DNA of 63,765 nucleotides, filler included, from Reticulomyxa filosa (Eukaryota; Protista; Foraminifera): the NCBI GenBank assembly GCA_000512085.1. It is 14 parts of 14 records of this genome, joined end to end, with 100 filler letters (N's around TTAATTAATTAA, not from the genome) between each part and the next. Parts side by side here need not be neighbours in the genome. Positions count along the whole stretch, not along the records: positions 1 to 5,709 come from ASPP01022077.1; positions 5,810 to 16,666 come from ASPP01004062.1; 12 more parts are not named here. One strand, given 5' to 3'. The notes under the pieces were generated by a model. The model was not told the DNA's origin. It searched no databases and saw nothing but the letters and a program-made list of their open reading frames with translations. The position numbers were made by a program, and so were the translations under genes. This document shows, in pieces, positions 1-14,400 of the stretch (its first letter is position 1; each line of letters begins with the position of its first letter).

Positions 1-32
<32 letters not shown>

Positions 33-2206
33 TAACAATAAGCCCAACAAAAACAAAAAATTTGTTCCATCTCTACCCTTTTATCAACCCAACAGTACTG
101 CCGATGAAGAATTTTCTTGCCATTGGAAGATGATCAAATTACCGTCGCTTCCATTGGACGACAGTGTCGATGCAGACCATAAGAATGAATGCCCCGCCAA
201 TCTGATAGCTTCCACACTTCCTTCCGATTTTTGTTCATTATCGCTCCCACCATTGACAATTGACGAAGCAACCTCTGTCTTGTCACCCAACCCTCTTCCA
301 GAGACAAAACTCGAAGATTGCACTCCGTCTGTCAATAAACCAAAAGAAATTCCTGCCACCCCAAGTCAGGGACGCAATGACATGTATCTTCACAGGCACA
401 TGGATACCAGTGGTCCAGGGTCAAGTTTGACTGCAATGGCATGTCAAGTATTGAACATTACCATGAATATTTGCGTCAAAACCGCCAGTGATCATCCCAA
501 AAAATTTAGTTTTATTGAAAAGAACGCTCAACCCAAGTTCAACGCGAAAGCAGCCGAAAAAGAGGTACAAAAACAAACTCAGAGACAAAAAGAAGAGCAA
601 TGTTTGAACGACATCATTTGGATAAACAAGCCAAGGGACAACCTCGGAGCAGCAAATGAGAAAGAAAACGAAGATGAAAATCCACGAAGCTTTGTAGTTG
701 GAGAAAGGTGCGAAGAGTCTCGTGTAGCACTTGACTATCTTGAGAGTATTCAGCATCGCAAAAAATACGTGCAATTTCAGTCGCGTCAGTCTAACAATAC
801 AACGGATTGTTCCGATCCTCGATCCAATCACTCTACAGATCTACTAAAGGTCAACACATTGCAAATATGGAGTGAAGCAGAAATGATAGAGCCTTGGCTT
901 GAAAAAAATATGATTAATTTGATGAAATCGAGAAGCAGGACACTGCGTAGTCATGCAATGTCTGTTAAAAAGTTTCGTAAAGTGTTTTGTTTTTTTTTGT
1001 CTGTCAAAGATGTTTGAAAGAATAATAACATTATGGCTCCTTCCTTTATCTCCACCTTCTTTGTTATCATGAACGAACAGACTGCATCGGGAGTTACAAA
1101 AACCACAATTTGTTGAACATACAGTAAAAAATGACCTAATCCAAATGGAAAAAATCAACGATTATGCGTTGAGCCATTTGTGCAAAGGTATGAGACTTTT
1201 TTTGTAGAGAGTGGGATATTTCATTTCATTAGAAAAAAAGAGTGTATTTATTTATTTATACGTGAGGGGATGATGTATACGTATTGCAATATAGAACTCG
1301 GATTGACACTTGGACAAAGTTGCTCACGTGTAAACACGGAAGCAAAACGGAAAGCAAGTTCCATTAAGAAAAAGCGTTCTCATCCGTTAGAAAATTGCAA
1401 TGGAGATACCAACGAAATGTGGGCATCGACGAGAGGAGCGAAACGCAGAAAAATAAATGGTGTTATTCCAAACTCCAATGGCAACCATAGTCACAGTAAT
1501 ACGACTCAAAAAGAGAACTGGTGCGAGTCGAATCGCAATGCGCGAAACAGTGAAGAGAAATATAGAGGCGGTCACAATGATGATGACGACGATGATAACA
1601 ATGATGATGATAACAATGATGATGATAATGATGACGATGATGACGGCAATGATGACAAAGATGTCGATTATATCCCTCCTTCGCGCATTCGCGAAAAGAA
1701 AATACGATCACATGATATTGCACTCCAAAAAGTATCATCACATGATACCAGAGATAATGATCCAGTTTCACAAACACAACCAGATACAACTGCTGCCAAG
1801 AAGTCCAAGATCAAACGCAAAAAAGAAACAAAACCAATCCAACAAAAGCTTTGTTTATACACATGTTGTCCAAATAAACCTAATTTCCTTATGTTGACAC
1901 ATGTGCCAATTTCAAAACATTTGTCATTTTGTTTTGTATTTATCACGTCTTTTTTTTATCTACTGTTTATAATCACACATAAACGACACGAATGTCTTCT
2001 TTCGTTATTGCCATTGCAATAGGCGTTTATCAGCCAAGGGACGGAGGAAAAATAAAACGGAGCCCTCCAAAACACGTCCTGGCTCCGATATTCTCGCAAA
2101 TGTCAATAATGACCGCATGAGTCCAGAAACAACTCCTGTGCTTGTACTGCCTCCGGTCTTTCCGCCCTTGCCACCTTTGGAGTACCAATATTCTTTTGCC
2201 AAATGA
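1..2206 (+). CDS. Hypothetical low-complexity protein, 5'-partial, multi-exon
   Basis: Frame 1 is open from base 1 (poly-Asn) through ORF 130..1017. GT-AG introns at ~972-1080 and ~1188-1294 restore a continuous frame (..SVKK/LHRELQKPQF..LCK/ELGLTLG..). A poly-Asp tract lies at ~1577-1655. The last intron and exon are uncertain. No domain recognised. Confidence 0.55.
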
Positions 2207-2820
2207 GATATGTTGCTTCGTTTTCCTTTTCTTTTCTTTTTTTTTTTTTTTTTTTTTGTGTCATATGTGCAAGGTAAAATTTCCGCATAAGAGTTTCTCT
2301 GTCTTGCGGATTTACCACATCCAAATATTTTTTAATCACTCAAAAACAAACTATGCTGTATTGTAACGATCTCACGAAATTTTCATTTTTATAAGCGTTC
2401 ATCATATATGTGTGCGTTTATATTTTTTTAGATGTTGATGTAACGCACTGAAAGGTGCTTTAATTGTTAAAGATAACTTTTTTTCCTTAATGGTGTCTAT
2501 GAAATGTGTGCACTGCAGGTGACAATTTTCACAAGTTGCCGTGCCAATCAAGGCAAATGAACACAAAAACAACCTGAAAGAGATGCTTTTTTTATTTGTT
2601 TTATTTTGTTAAATCAAATCTCTAGGGTTTACTTTCTTTCCAATCTAACTTTTAAATAAATTTTTTACTTATTTTTTTAAATTTCATTTCAATAAAGTAA
2701 AAAGAAATTATGAATTAAAGTTTGAATTTGCAATTTTGCACGACGGTTAGAGAAACAACCGGGTGTGTTTTTTTTTGTGTATTCCTCACGCCATTAGAAG
2801 CCGTCAAACGTTTTGTGTCA

Positions 2821-4487
2821 ATGTCCGAAAAAGTTTCTGGACAAGCAAACAAAAATGAAGAGAAAAAAAGAAGAGGACGCAGTAAATTTCAATTGTTGGC
2901 AGTCTTCATGTTCATCTTAGTAGGAATTAGCGCAGTCGTAGTGAACAACCTTTTTGCTAGTTCCTATGACCCTACAGCCCCCGGTGTTGGAAATGAAAAG
3001 TGTGAGAAGTTAACAAACTCAGACCCAACACTAATTGGTTGTGAAGATATTGCGAGATTTCCAAGTTCACCAGAAGTTTTTTTTTTTGGAAATTTCTTTA
3101 TTTTTTTTCCTCACTTTTTTTTTTTATGTTTTCCCTTTGGCTGATTTAAAAGTAAAAAACAACAAAAAAAGCAATTGGACATGATTTAAAAAAATGTGTA
3201 TTCCCCTTCCCCTTTGGTTCCACCATTTTGCAAAGACAATGGACCAATACTATTTTCATGCGAAGACCGAACACCGTTCTTCGAAAAGATGTGGTCTAGC
3301 CTCACTGCCCGTCAGATATTGGGATCATACGGACCAGGGAGAATTTACATGATGAACTCATGCGACGATAAACAATTGATTCGGGTGGATGTGGATGGCT
3401 CTCCCAATTCGAAGAATTTTCATCCACATGGATTTGGGGTTGTTGTTTCCCCAAAAAATGGTCAAAAGAGTTTTTTTTTACCAAAAAAAAAAAAAAAAAA
3501 GGGTGCATCAAACTTTTTTGATATAACGATGAATTTTTTGGGATTAAAATGAAAACGTAGTCCTTTTGGTGTATCTGGTGAACCACCGCAGCGATGGTGA
3601 ATTTGTGGAGATTTATGAATTCCAACCAGACAAACACTTGCTGTTGTGGTTGCAAGAGGTGTCAAGCAGCGAACATTTCACATATCTCAATGATGTGCAA
3701 CCAGTGGTGAGAGGCGCATCTTCGAAACTTCCAGATTTTTATGTGACCAATAGTTTCAAGTATGAAATTAAGACGTGGCAAAACATATTGTTCGAAGCAT
3801 TCTTTCATCCCAAATGGTCGAAATTAGTTCATTGCGGATTAAAAGACGACCCGCCAGGCAAGGAAACCAATATATGGGTTTGCACTGTAGTTGATGATTC
3901 GCTGTCATTTGGAAATGGTGTGGCATTGAGTGCAGATAAGAAACAGCTGTATGCCATCTCCAGCGGAACCACATTTATGAGCATCTACAACATTTCCAGC
4001 CCCTCCTCCTTAGCAACGAAATGGAAGGATGTGCCAACATCGACGCTATGCGACAACTTGTATGTCGATGATCAAAATGGTGATGTCTTTGTTGCTTGTC
4101 ATCCTGACCCTTTGCGCTTGAGAAAAAAGATGCTCGTCACCAAAAAAAATTCCAAAGAAGCAGGAAGCTCGGTTAAGTGTTGCAACGTTGCTACCTTTTC
4201 GATTGTTTTATATATACATACATATATGTATGTGTTTATAACTTGCACTTTTTTTATTATGTTTGGAAGATGTTTCATTTTGCTTTTTTTTGACAATTTG
4301 TTATAAGGCCCCTTCGCAAGTCCTGAAATGGGATGGAAATGAAAATTGGAAAGAAATCTTCAGTTGTAATGGCGATGAACCGTGTATTGAGGCTTCATCC
4401 ACAGGACTGTACTGCAGAGATGCTAATGCTTTGTTAGTTGGTAGCATTATTGATAATGGTATTCTGCGATGTCAGTTGACTTTATAA
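2821..4487 (+). CDS. Paraoxonase/arylesterase (PON-like calcium-dependent lactonase) with N-terminal membrane anchor, 4 exons
   Basis: Introns ~3065-3235, ~3461-3560 and ~4172-4307 give GCEDIARFPNNG, FHPHG, LVNH, LNDV, GNGV, CDNL, ACHP and PSQVL. These are the PON-family Ca-binding and catalytic motifs in the correct order. Confidence 0.85.
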
Positions 4488-5270
4488 ATATTGCTTTCTT
4501 TTGTTTGATCCCTAAGTTGGCAGCTGTTCTTTTTTTTTCCTCCTTGCTTTTGCTTTATCTTTTCACTTTTCTTGAGAAAAAAAAAGCGATGTTTTTCTCA
4601 CGGACTTGAAATGTTCTCTTTTTCCGTTCTCATCTCTGCCTTTTTTCAGCATTCTTCTTTCCAAGCGGCTTATTTTCTTCTTAATGACCACTTGTCTTTT
4701 CTTTTGGTTGCTGTGTTTTTGTAAGACTTTTGTTTGTCATAGCATCCTTTTTTGGATACGAACTAAATAGCTGAAGATGCTTGAGGGGGGAGAGGGGAAA
4801 TATTTTTTTTTAATGAGTCACAAAAACATAATAACCGTTTTCAAACTTTTTGATTAAAAATTTAATTCGTTTTAGAAAATCAAGGCATGAAAAATGATCA
4901 ATCAAGAAAAAAAATGATCGCCAGGCGTGTACGTAATGAATCCACCCGAAAATTCGAAGATAAAAAAAAAGGCAGATTTTGGTTTTTTAATGCTGTTTTT
5001 TCCGAAAATTGAGAACATCTTTTGTGAAAATGATTTAAAAAATGAGATTATCACATTCATCCATTTGAATTCTTTATTTTTAAACAAGACAATGAACAAA
5101 GCAAAAAAAGGAAAACCTTAAAACAAGGTTTGTCCTTCCCAGCAATCGAAACATTTATCGGTAAAGATAATCCACGAATCACATTACAAAAAGCGCAAAA
5201 CAAAGGAAAAAAAAAGACAAAAATATTCTCCGAATACAGAACGAATGCGCAAATCAAAAGAAAATTTCAG

Positions 5271-5603
5271 CTATAAAGTTCGTGACTCTAGTTCAAAGTA
5301 TCTCTGAGAATAATCGATTTTTCCATCGAACGACTTTCGACATCCAATAAAGAAGCAACAGACTTTATAAGGACGAAGAAACACTTGATCGTACCATGTT
5401 TCGAACTGTCGAAAAGAGCAAAGGATACAAAAAGCGTTGATAGTGCTGTCCAAAGGCACGAACCATCCAGCTTCAGAAAAAATATTTGAAAAGCCAATAT
5501 AATATAAGAACCAGGAAGATATTATTGCTATCAATGACAGTACTGTTGTTTTCTGCACCATTTTGTGAAGAGCATCGATAATGTTGTCCTCTCCAGTATC
5601 CAT
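5271..5603 (-). CDS. C-terminal exon of a putative 7-TM/GPCR-like membrane protein (5' part lost at contig end)
   Basis: Two hydrophobic helices (TVLSLIAIISSWFLYYI; WFVPLDSTINAFCILCSF) with a TM7-like DxxxN, followed by an amphipathic helix and a Cys-containing tail. Confidence 0.5.
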   Translation of the reverse strand: MDTGEDNIIDALHKMVQKTTVLSLIAIISSWFLYYIGFSNIFSEAGWFVPLDSTINAFCILCSFRQFETWYDQVFLRPYKVCCFFIGCRKSFDGKIDYSQRYFELESRTL

Positions 5604-5709
5604 CTAAGAACACCACACAACACATAAAAAAAAGGTAAAAAGTACACACCCCCCAAAAAAAAATGTACCTTTGGACATGTCTATGTGCAAGCAAGAATAT
5701 GTGCAAAAA

Positions 5710-5809
5710 NNNNNNNNNNNNNNNNNNNNNNNNNNNNNNNNNNNNNNNNNNNNTTAATTAATTAANNNNNNNNNNNNNNNNNNNNNNNNNNNNNNNNNNN
5801 NNNNNNNNN
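5710..5809. other. Artificial contig linker N44-TTAATTAATTAA-N44 (first of 13)
   Basis: Identical 100-nt spacers with stops in all six frames also occur at 16667, 20100, 24618, 26663, 33198, 38904, 50392, 53323, 54871, 56318, 60427 and 61676. Confidence 0.98.
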
Positions 5810-6354
5810 CTTTTAAATAACACTTCCATAAAACATTTTTGTCCTCAGTCGAATCTTATTTTCAGGGGCTTTTTGCTGTTTCCCCAATTGCTTATTCAAT
5901 ATTTCTAACAAAAATTGCAAAGTTTTTTCTCAATACGCTCAAACAGTTAGAAATTTTTTGTTGGCAAACAATAAGTTCACCACAAACACGATTTAAAAAA
6001 AAATATGTTTGAGTTTGTGCAATGCCCAATTATCGAAGAAAATATGAAAACAATGTTTATCACAAGCACAGATCACATAAACAACAAAAAAAAAGAGGGG
6101 GAAACTGCCGCAACCTGAGAAAGGACATTTTCAAATGCAACATATAAGCTTTAAGTGCACCCTTGCATTTATTTCGCCAAGACACAAACAAAGTTTACAA
6201 CAAACTAAAGTGGCATAAAATCGTTTTTAGACAGGATAACAAAACAAAACAAAACAATAGTAAAGACTCACATTTGAAACGGATAATGTCGGTGGTATAG
6301 TTTTGTTTTGTTGAAGGCTTCTAAACAATGGAAAAAAACAGTTCGAAATATTGC

Positions 6355-7979
6355 CTAAGCAAAAATTCGGACAGTGTAATCCCAACTACCAGTAGCCAAG
6401 GCATGTCCATTAGGGTTGAGAGCTAAGCATGGAACCCTAGCTAAATGTGGAATAGTAAACAATTGTTCAGCAGACAAAGTATTCCATGCCAAGCAAAATG
6501 GTTCATCATCATAAGATGCAAACAAGGTAGAACCACTTTTTGAGAAATCTAAATCAGATACAGCACCTCCTTTGTTTCTCAAATCGTCGTATTGATTTAT
6601 TTGTCTTCTTGACGGAATGTCCCACAATCGAATTGTGGAATCGTCTGATCCAGATGCTATACAACGACCTCCTGGGAAAAATCGTACTCTATTTTTTTAA
6701 AAAAATTAGTTTATTTATTTCGTTTGAGTTTTCAAAGGGGGCAAAAAAAAAAAAAAAATTACAGGGTATACGTACATGAACCAAACAACCACCCACACAA
6801 TACAAAAAAAAGACATAACACGTTGACATCGGAAGTATGTGCACGAAAAGTTTGTACGCATTTGGAGGTGCGTAAATCCCACAATTTGACAGTTCCATCA
6901 GTGCTTCCAGTGCCAAACGTTTGTTTATCAGGATGTAAATCGACGCTCATAACGTCACCTTATTATTTCATTTGAAATAGAATAATTAAGATAAAATAAA
7001 AAAAAAAAAAAACATTAAAAAAAAAAAAAGATTGATGATATACCAGTATGGTCTTTGTAAGTTTCTTTGGAAAGCTTAGAATTTAAATCCCAGTAAATGA
7101 TGGTCGAATCACCACTTGCAGTCAGCAATGTTTCATCATCGATAAACTTGTTGTCGGAAATGTATGCCTCGTGTTGTCTTAGTTCTGCATGTGCAGTTCT
7201 TGTGTCCCACCCAACAGCGTCTTCTGTTATTTTGAAGACACTACAAACGTTGTCCAAACCACCGCTTGCAATATAACCGCCACTTGGTGAATAGTCCAAT
7301 GCCATCACCCATCCTGTGACCAGTGAGATTGCCAATCTTTTATTCGTTGTTCGTGAGTTCCACAACTATTCACAACCCCACACAAAAAAAAAAAAAAAAA
7401 ATCATATTTCCTTTTTTTGTACGTATAATAAACACTTTTTTTTTTTGTTCAAATAAAAAAGAGATCTTAACAATAATTTTTCCATCTTGAGATGCCGTGA
7501 CCACATGTATGCCATCACTATTCCATGCCAGGCCATAAACCTTGCCAAAATGTCCTTTCAATACTTTTCGTTCCCGCAACAACGGAGAGACTGGACTTTT
7601 TTCACCCTCCTTGTCGTTAAATAGCTTGCTCAATGTGCGAGCGCCTATATATATGAAACAGATGCGTTATTTATATTTCTTTAACATATGTTTAAATACA
7701 GTCCGAACTTTTTCAAAACAAATATGCCTATTTTTTTTTTCTCTCCTACCTTCAGCTAATTTGCTCTTCACTTTCTCTTGCAAGGTTTTAATCTCTCTTT
7801 CACATTCCGTATATTTCTTTTCTCTGTCGCCGTCTACTTGATTCCCTGATCCCAACAATAGTTGAAGGGCAGTAGTTGGTTTTTTTTCGTTTGACTGTGC
7901 CTATTTGTTGTTTTTCGGTGAAACTACTTGTTTCAATTTTCATTGAAACTATCTCTCTTTTTTGTTTGCAGTTTACCAT
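6355..7979 (-). CDS. Heterotrimeric G-protein beta subunit, 6 exons
   Basis: Gbeta motifs: LKGHFGKVY, TASQDGKIILW, WVMALDYSPSGGYIASGGLDNVCSVF, TASGDST, HTGDVMS, HTSDVN, SGSDDSTIRLWD, ATGSWD. GT-AG introns at 7976-7901, 7749-7645, 7471-7366, ~7043-6959 and ~6819-6689 restore the frame. Confidence 0.93.
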
Positions 7980-8465
7980 TTTTGAAACAAATTAAAATCT
8001 TTTCTTGTAACACTCAATCAGCCTATCTTTAAGTGTGATATTATTTTGCAAGGGGGGCTCGAGAACGATACGAGAAGTTAAAAGGTTCCTTTATTTTACT
8101 TTTTGTTTTTTAAAAAACAATAAATATATCAACAAAACAAAGACTAGAGATGAGAATAGAGTGATAATTCCATCATTGGTAAGTTAACACTGGAACATAG
8201 CTTAGTAAATAGATTTGTTTTTGTCAAACAAAAAAATTAAAGCTTCGATCTTTGTTTTGGTAATACTATTTTTGCAGGGTCAATTGAAAAAATCAAATTG
8301 ATAAGAACTCTGCCTCATTTAAGCAAAGACATGTTCAAATTTATTGTTATTATTGAATAAAATGTATTCTTCACCTAAACTGTGACTGTGAGAGAGAGGG
8401 GGCAGACATGAATTTTTGGTCATTGTTGTCAAACACTGGCACTTGGTTGAAAAAAAGTAAGAGAA

Positions 8466-11400
8466 ATGCAACGTGTAAGAGGAAAATTATTTTCAACTCT
8501 TTCTTCGTTTCCAGAAGATCCTCGAAAGACAACATTTTTGGCCTCACATGACTCACCAAAGAGAACATTTGCAGTTGAGTAAGACGTAAAAGAGTGAAGA
8601 ATATGAAAGGAGAAAAAAAAAAAGGATGAAATGGTTGTGAGAACTGAATAGGCATATGTAAGCGAGTCTTTCCATGTGACAATATTAGACCACAGATTTG
8701 AGGTACTGCACACATTGGAACTGAAAGAGAAGGTGGAAGAAATCAATGGATACAACAATCAGCTTTCAATAGTGACATTGGAACGTGTGTACTACTATCG
8801 AGTGTTTGATCATGAAATGCGATTGGATTGCATATTAGAAGAAAAGGAGGTAGTGAACAGTCGTTTCTTTGACAAAGGAACAGGGATAGGGATAGTCAAA
8901 AAACACGAAATAATAATATACAATTTGGAAGATGTGATCGGCGAATATCATACGGAGTTGGACACGCCCGAGTGTAAAAAAAAGAGTGTTCGAACTCGGA
9001 TACTGCACTTGCAATGGACACAGCATGACACGAAGGAGAAACAGGGAATCACAAGCATGGAGATGAAGGCGACATCAACACATTGGTGGGTCGCAATTCT
9101 CGATGTCCACAAGCACTTGCACGTGTTCAAGTTAAAGGCCGAATGGCCAAGCAAAGACGTGCAAACACAAACGCAAGATAAGGGAATGGAAATGAAAAGC
9201 AAGCCAAAGTTGGTTCAGATTTGGAAAAAGCATTCATTTTTATCAAAGTCGATATCAGAGGAGAATATAAATAGTAATAGCAATAGCAATAGCAATAGCA
9301 ATAGCAATAGCAATAGTGATGAACAATGGTATTGTGGAGTGTGGACTTGGATCACACGTGAGAATAAAGTACATTGCTGTCAATGGTATCGAACCAATGA
9401 TCAAGTGGTATTAATCGTGTTAGACCAAAGTGGATCGATTTTTATTTGGAACGATGCACATGCATTGACATCAAGTAACACTGCAATGGACACATTCAAT
9501 TTTCGTTGTATCCAAAGTTTGGATAAACACAAGTACATTGGCTTCAGTGTTTTATTAAATGAGATTCGTGACATATCTGCACTGAAACCGTGTTGCACCA
9601 TTGACGACTTGACGGATCATGTATGGCTCATTGCCTTGACGCAGCACGGCCATGTGATCGTCTACTTTGTCTCCAATATCGTGTCGCTAAACACGTCCAA
9701 AGCATCGGCTATTGAGTTTGTGTCGATCAAACATGGGATTGCCAATCGCTTGGATCGCATCATCAACTCGCGCAGTTTGGGCTTTTTCTTTGACTCGACC
9801 ACGGGCGTGTGTCTGCCCAAGTCCGACTCCTTGTCGCTGCTGTCGCCTGTGTGCGTCGAATGGTACTCGTTCTTCACAAGTGGCGTGCTGTCCCATTTCA
9901 CTGTCGATTTGAATACGCCCTTTGTGGTGTGCAATCGCATGTTAGGAGGATGTCTAATCCACGATCCGATTGTCTCCTTCATTCGACATCCTTCACTGCG
10001 CTTCCATATTTTCGCGGCCAAATGTCAAAGTGGTCGCGTGGCCATTTTCGATTACAATCAAATGTTGGATTCGCACACGTGCAATGACCCTCCTCAGCTG
10101 ATGTACTCATTGAACACAAATGTGTTGTCTTTTGTGTGGGATCCCGGACATCGGAGATTCCTTTGCATTACGCCGTCGTCCAATTCGTTCATTTTGAGTT
10201 TGCACACATATCAAAGTCATCACGGCTGGATTCAAGTGTGGGAGTCCTCCATTCCATTGATTCCCAATCAATCCATTCGTGGTATGTTTATTGCATCGTA
10301 TACTGAAATGATCTCATCATCGTCGAAACGCAAGTATGTCAAAACCAAAATGATTATTGTCGTGCAAGAGACAAACTGGAAGGCCTTTCGTTTGGATTTG
10401 AATCTTTTGACACGTCCCTTTGAATCGACGACCAGCGATTCCATTCTTCATCCAGCCTCAAGTAATGCTGTCTCTGTCATTGCCCATCCGCATCATCACA
10501 AAAACAATCTCTCCCTCGGAGAGGCGTCGACAAAGGATGTCGACAATGTCGAACTACTCCCTTCTTCATCGGCGTCATCTTCGGTGTGTTTAAAGGACAA
10601 GCGCATTTACATGAAGACGAGGCCTTATTCGGAGTTGAAGTCGTACGGCGATACCATTCGATCGCGAAATCCGTGCAACGCGCCTAATGTACTGTCGCAC
10701 TTGAAAAAGTCAGAGCGACGTCCCGCGCCTATTGTGATTCGAAGTGGCAAAATGGACAAGCTGATGGCATCACCACAAGGCGACGATGAACACCGAAATG
10801 ACCCAAACAACCAATCTTCGCAGTTGGGTGTCTTGACATCCGTCGTTGCAGAGACGTTTTCGGACAATGAGCAATGCGTATCTGCAAGCGGTGCAGTACT
10901 AGGACAACACAGTACATTGGTCTTGGTGTTTCTGCATCCTCAAAACAACAAATACAGTTCAGTAAGTTATCACTTTGATGACACTGGCAAATACACCAAG
11001 GAAAGCATAACTGTGAATAACAAATTCATACAACTGCAATCTCAATCTCAATATCAATATCAATCTCAAAGTAGTGATGTATGGAATCCCCATTGCATCG
11101 ACGAAGCAACGCTCCTTTTTCTGCACAAAGACAAGGGCATTGCGATGTACGAACACGACTCGACTCCAAATGAATGGCAATACGAAGTGGGTATCCCCAA
11201 TCCCAATTTCATGTCTCAGTCATGTGAATGGAAACACATTTCATTGCTGACCACGGCGGGAGGTACCAGTATGGTCGTCGGGAATGACTCCATTAACACA
11301 CTACGTGCCTATTTCCCAGTCCTTCGAGATCTCAATGTCCCCTGGCGTGGCGCAGAGTACTATCGCAATTATCTGTTGCAAGACCTGGTGCTCGGCGATG

Positions 11401-14400
11401 ACGTCGATCGCAATGACATTGAAAAAGTCGAGTCTTTGTGGCCACGAAAGGCCATCATCAGCAGCTTCTTGATTGTATCGCCGACCATTGTGCTATTGTA
11501 TCGCAAAGACATTGAGCGCTGGTTAGTCTTGCGCTTATCCACGTCCAGCGTCGCGGGATGGCCCGGAAGACCCTTGTATCACCCCTTGGCACTCTACGAA
11601 GATTTGAAGTGTGGAAACATTGCACGGATCCATCGCATTTTGAAAGATCTGTTGCAAGTGTTGAGAGCTGTTCCACAGGAGGCCTACGGCGTTCACAACG
11701 TGAAGACACGGATGAAGGTATTGGTACCGATTAATTGGTTGTTTGACCAAGCACACGTTCATCTCACATCTTCATCATCTTCATCATCTTCGTTTGGTCT
11801 CAAAAAGTTTGGCCTTGACAACGTCGGCATGGACGACTCCAAATACTATCTAACAATCAAGGAGACGCAGGAACTGCATGAATTGCTGATGAAAATCCAA
11901 TTGCCCATGGTCTCCACCACACACAATCTCACATTGCTGGCACTCGTGCAATCGCTTTCTTCCATCGGACAAGAGCAACAAAGGAATGTGGATCTGCAAG
12001 GCACACGCGTTATGTTAGCCGCCAACTTGTATTTGCTGCAGCGTCGCTCGTTTATTCCCACGTCGGCCGTTGCCTTTGCCTTGCATTCCCAATGTCAAGA
12101 CGCGCTGTTGGATTTATGTTTGCCAAAGTCGGATCGCTTGCTTACCTATGAAATGGTCAAGCAAATGGGCATTGGCTATTGGTACCGATCCAAACAGCGT
12201 TTGGACAAACTGTTGCTGCGCTTGGCTCAGGACGTTTATAAAAAGTCAAAAAATCCAAGTGACTGTCTGCTGTGGTATCTGCTGCTAAACAAAAAAAGCG
12301 TGTTTGTCGAACTGCTTCGCGTGATGAAGGGCAAAGAGGCATTGTATGCGTGGTTTTGCAAAGACTTTACGTTGCCCAAAAATCAGGAAATCGCTCGTTC
12401 CAATGCTTTGAAATTACAAGGGAAACGCGAATTCATGCAAAGCTGCGCATTTTGGCTGCTTTGTGGCGACTTTGATAACTCCATCATCATCGCCGCCGAA
12501 GCCATGAATGATCCACATTTGGCCTTTTTGATTGCTCGCTATGCATTCGATAACAACCCACAGTCGTTTCAACACATTGTCGAATCCAAAATCCTTGATT
12601 TTGTCCAGTCCTCTTTCTTCGACGATGTGTGGATCGAACATATCCTTTATTGGTGGCTCAAAAAGCCTGTCCAAGCCATCCAAGTGTTTATTCATCGCTC
12701 TCAATCACAATTACAGTCTTTGAAATATTTGGAAATGTGTGATGTGCCTGACATCCATGCCTTTTTGGAGTTTATGCGACATAACGAGATGGCGAGCAGT
12801 GCACAAAAAACGAATGACACACACAATACGATGAAAGCAGCCGCCATCTTTGAGTCCCCTTTGTTTGCGGATTTTATGGACGGCTTCGATGATTTTGGTG
12901 GTAACGCTACCAACCAAGCCAAGTCCGACACCAGCAACGTCTCCGAGTCCAAAATAGATACAGAGTTGGTGTCTCCCTTTGTTGCTGAGGCCTATTTGCG
13001 AGCGTCTCAAAGCGTCGCAGAGCAAGATCTGACATGTCTGCAACGACGGGCCGCAGTGAGCTATAGTCGCAGTGGACTACTGCTTCACGCATTGGAGGCC
13101 GTGGATAGTGTCAATACTCGTCGCGGTGGGGAAATGGACCAGGGACTGCGTCAATTGGAAGCGTCGTTGCTGTGGAGATTCTTGTGTGTTCGTGCGACGG
13201 AAATGGAAACATGCAATCACGTGGAACCAGAACAAACGAAGGATGACTTTGCAGACTTGTCAAAGCGGTATCCGAATTTCGATAGCATTCAATGCTTGAA
13301 TTACATTTACGGAGAATGCCATTTGAGACATTTCAACTTGCATTCGTGCAATATCCCAGCAGGGCCTATTTTGAATCGATTGCTCACTGTCTTATCACGT
13401 GAGGTCTCTCACTTGTCACACGTGATCACTCAGAGGCCTCGTCGATTTGAGGTATGTGCGGAAATGTATACAATGGAGTACATGCTGCAATGGCAAGACG
13501 TGGTCGAGTCATTGGGATTGTATGGGAAAGATCGAAGCATTGCATGTGCCGCATTGGCGACGATCGTGCATGCCATGATATTTTTGCAAGGGTTTGGATT
13601 GAATCGCTACGATTGGTTGGAACGACAATGCAAATACTCTGAATTGGATACAAATATTGGCCATTTGATCACGTGGATGCAAGAGATGGAAGCCACGTCC
13701 GAGTCTTTGATCACCGAATACACAATGATTCGCGAAAGTGAAGTCGAAGATCGACATTGGCTGAATGGAGGCTTGACCATTGATATTTTGTCTCGATTGG
13801 CACAACAAGCCTTTCGATTCATGATTTTCGATCATTGGTTTCGACAATGGAATACACTTGTCGAAAAAATCGGTTTTCAAGCATCGAGTCTCATCGAAAT
13901 CAATCGATTGCATACGCAGCTTTCCAATTGGCAACTTCACATGAGTGCCACTTTGCAAGACACATTTCAGCAATGTTTGCTTTATATTTTGCAAACGCCG
14001 TCGAATCGATTGCGTCTCGCATTGCAGCAAATTTCCAATGCCATTGATGCCAACGATGAGCGATTCGCCCCTCTCTTTGAAATGCTCGGTGTCAATGCTG
14101 CTTTGCAATCCTTGGCAGATAAACTTGAGATATTTGTATCCAAATTCTCGACTTTGGCTCCCGTCCAATACAAAGAGACCGGATCGCAGTGGTATTCGCC
14201 TCGTGAAGTTTTCAAAATCGACGATTTGTCATTGCGTGTTTGCATTAATTCTTGCTCCAATCAATGGATCGCCGTTTCGTCGGCCGTTGGACTTCGCGAA
14301 ATCAACATCGACTATTCGCTGCGATTTCGAGCGCGATCCATGGATCGAATGCTGCTTTTGGACGGCGAAATGGACACCTTTTTGCGATGTTTGCATCGTT

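Noticed and set aside
5271-7979. GPCR-like gene next to Gbeta as a signalling cluster
   Set aside because: The two are separated by a contig linker, so physical adjacency is not established.
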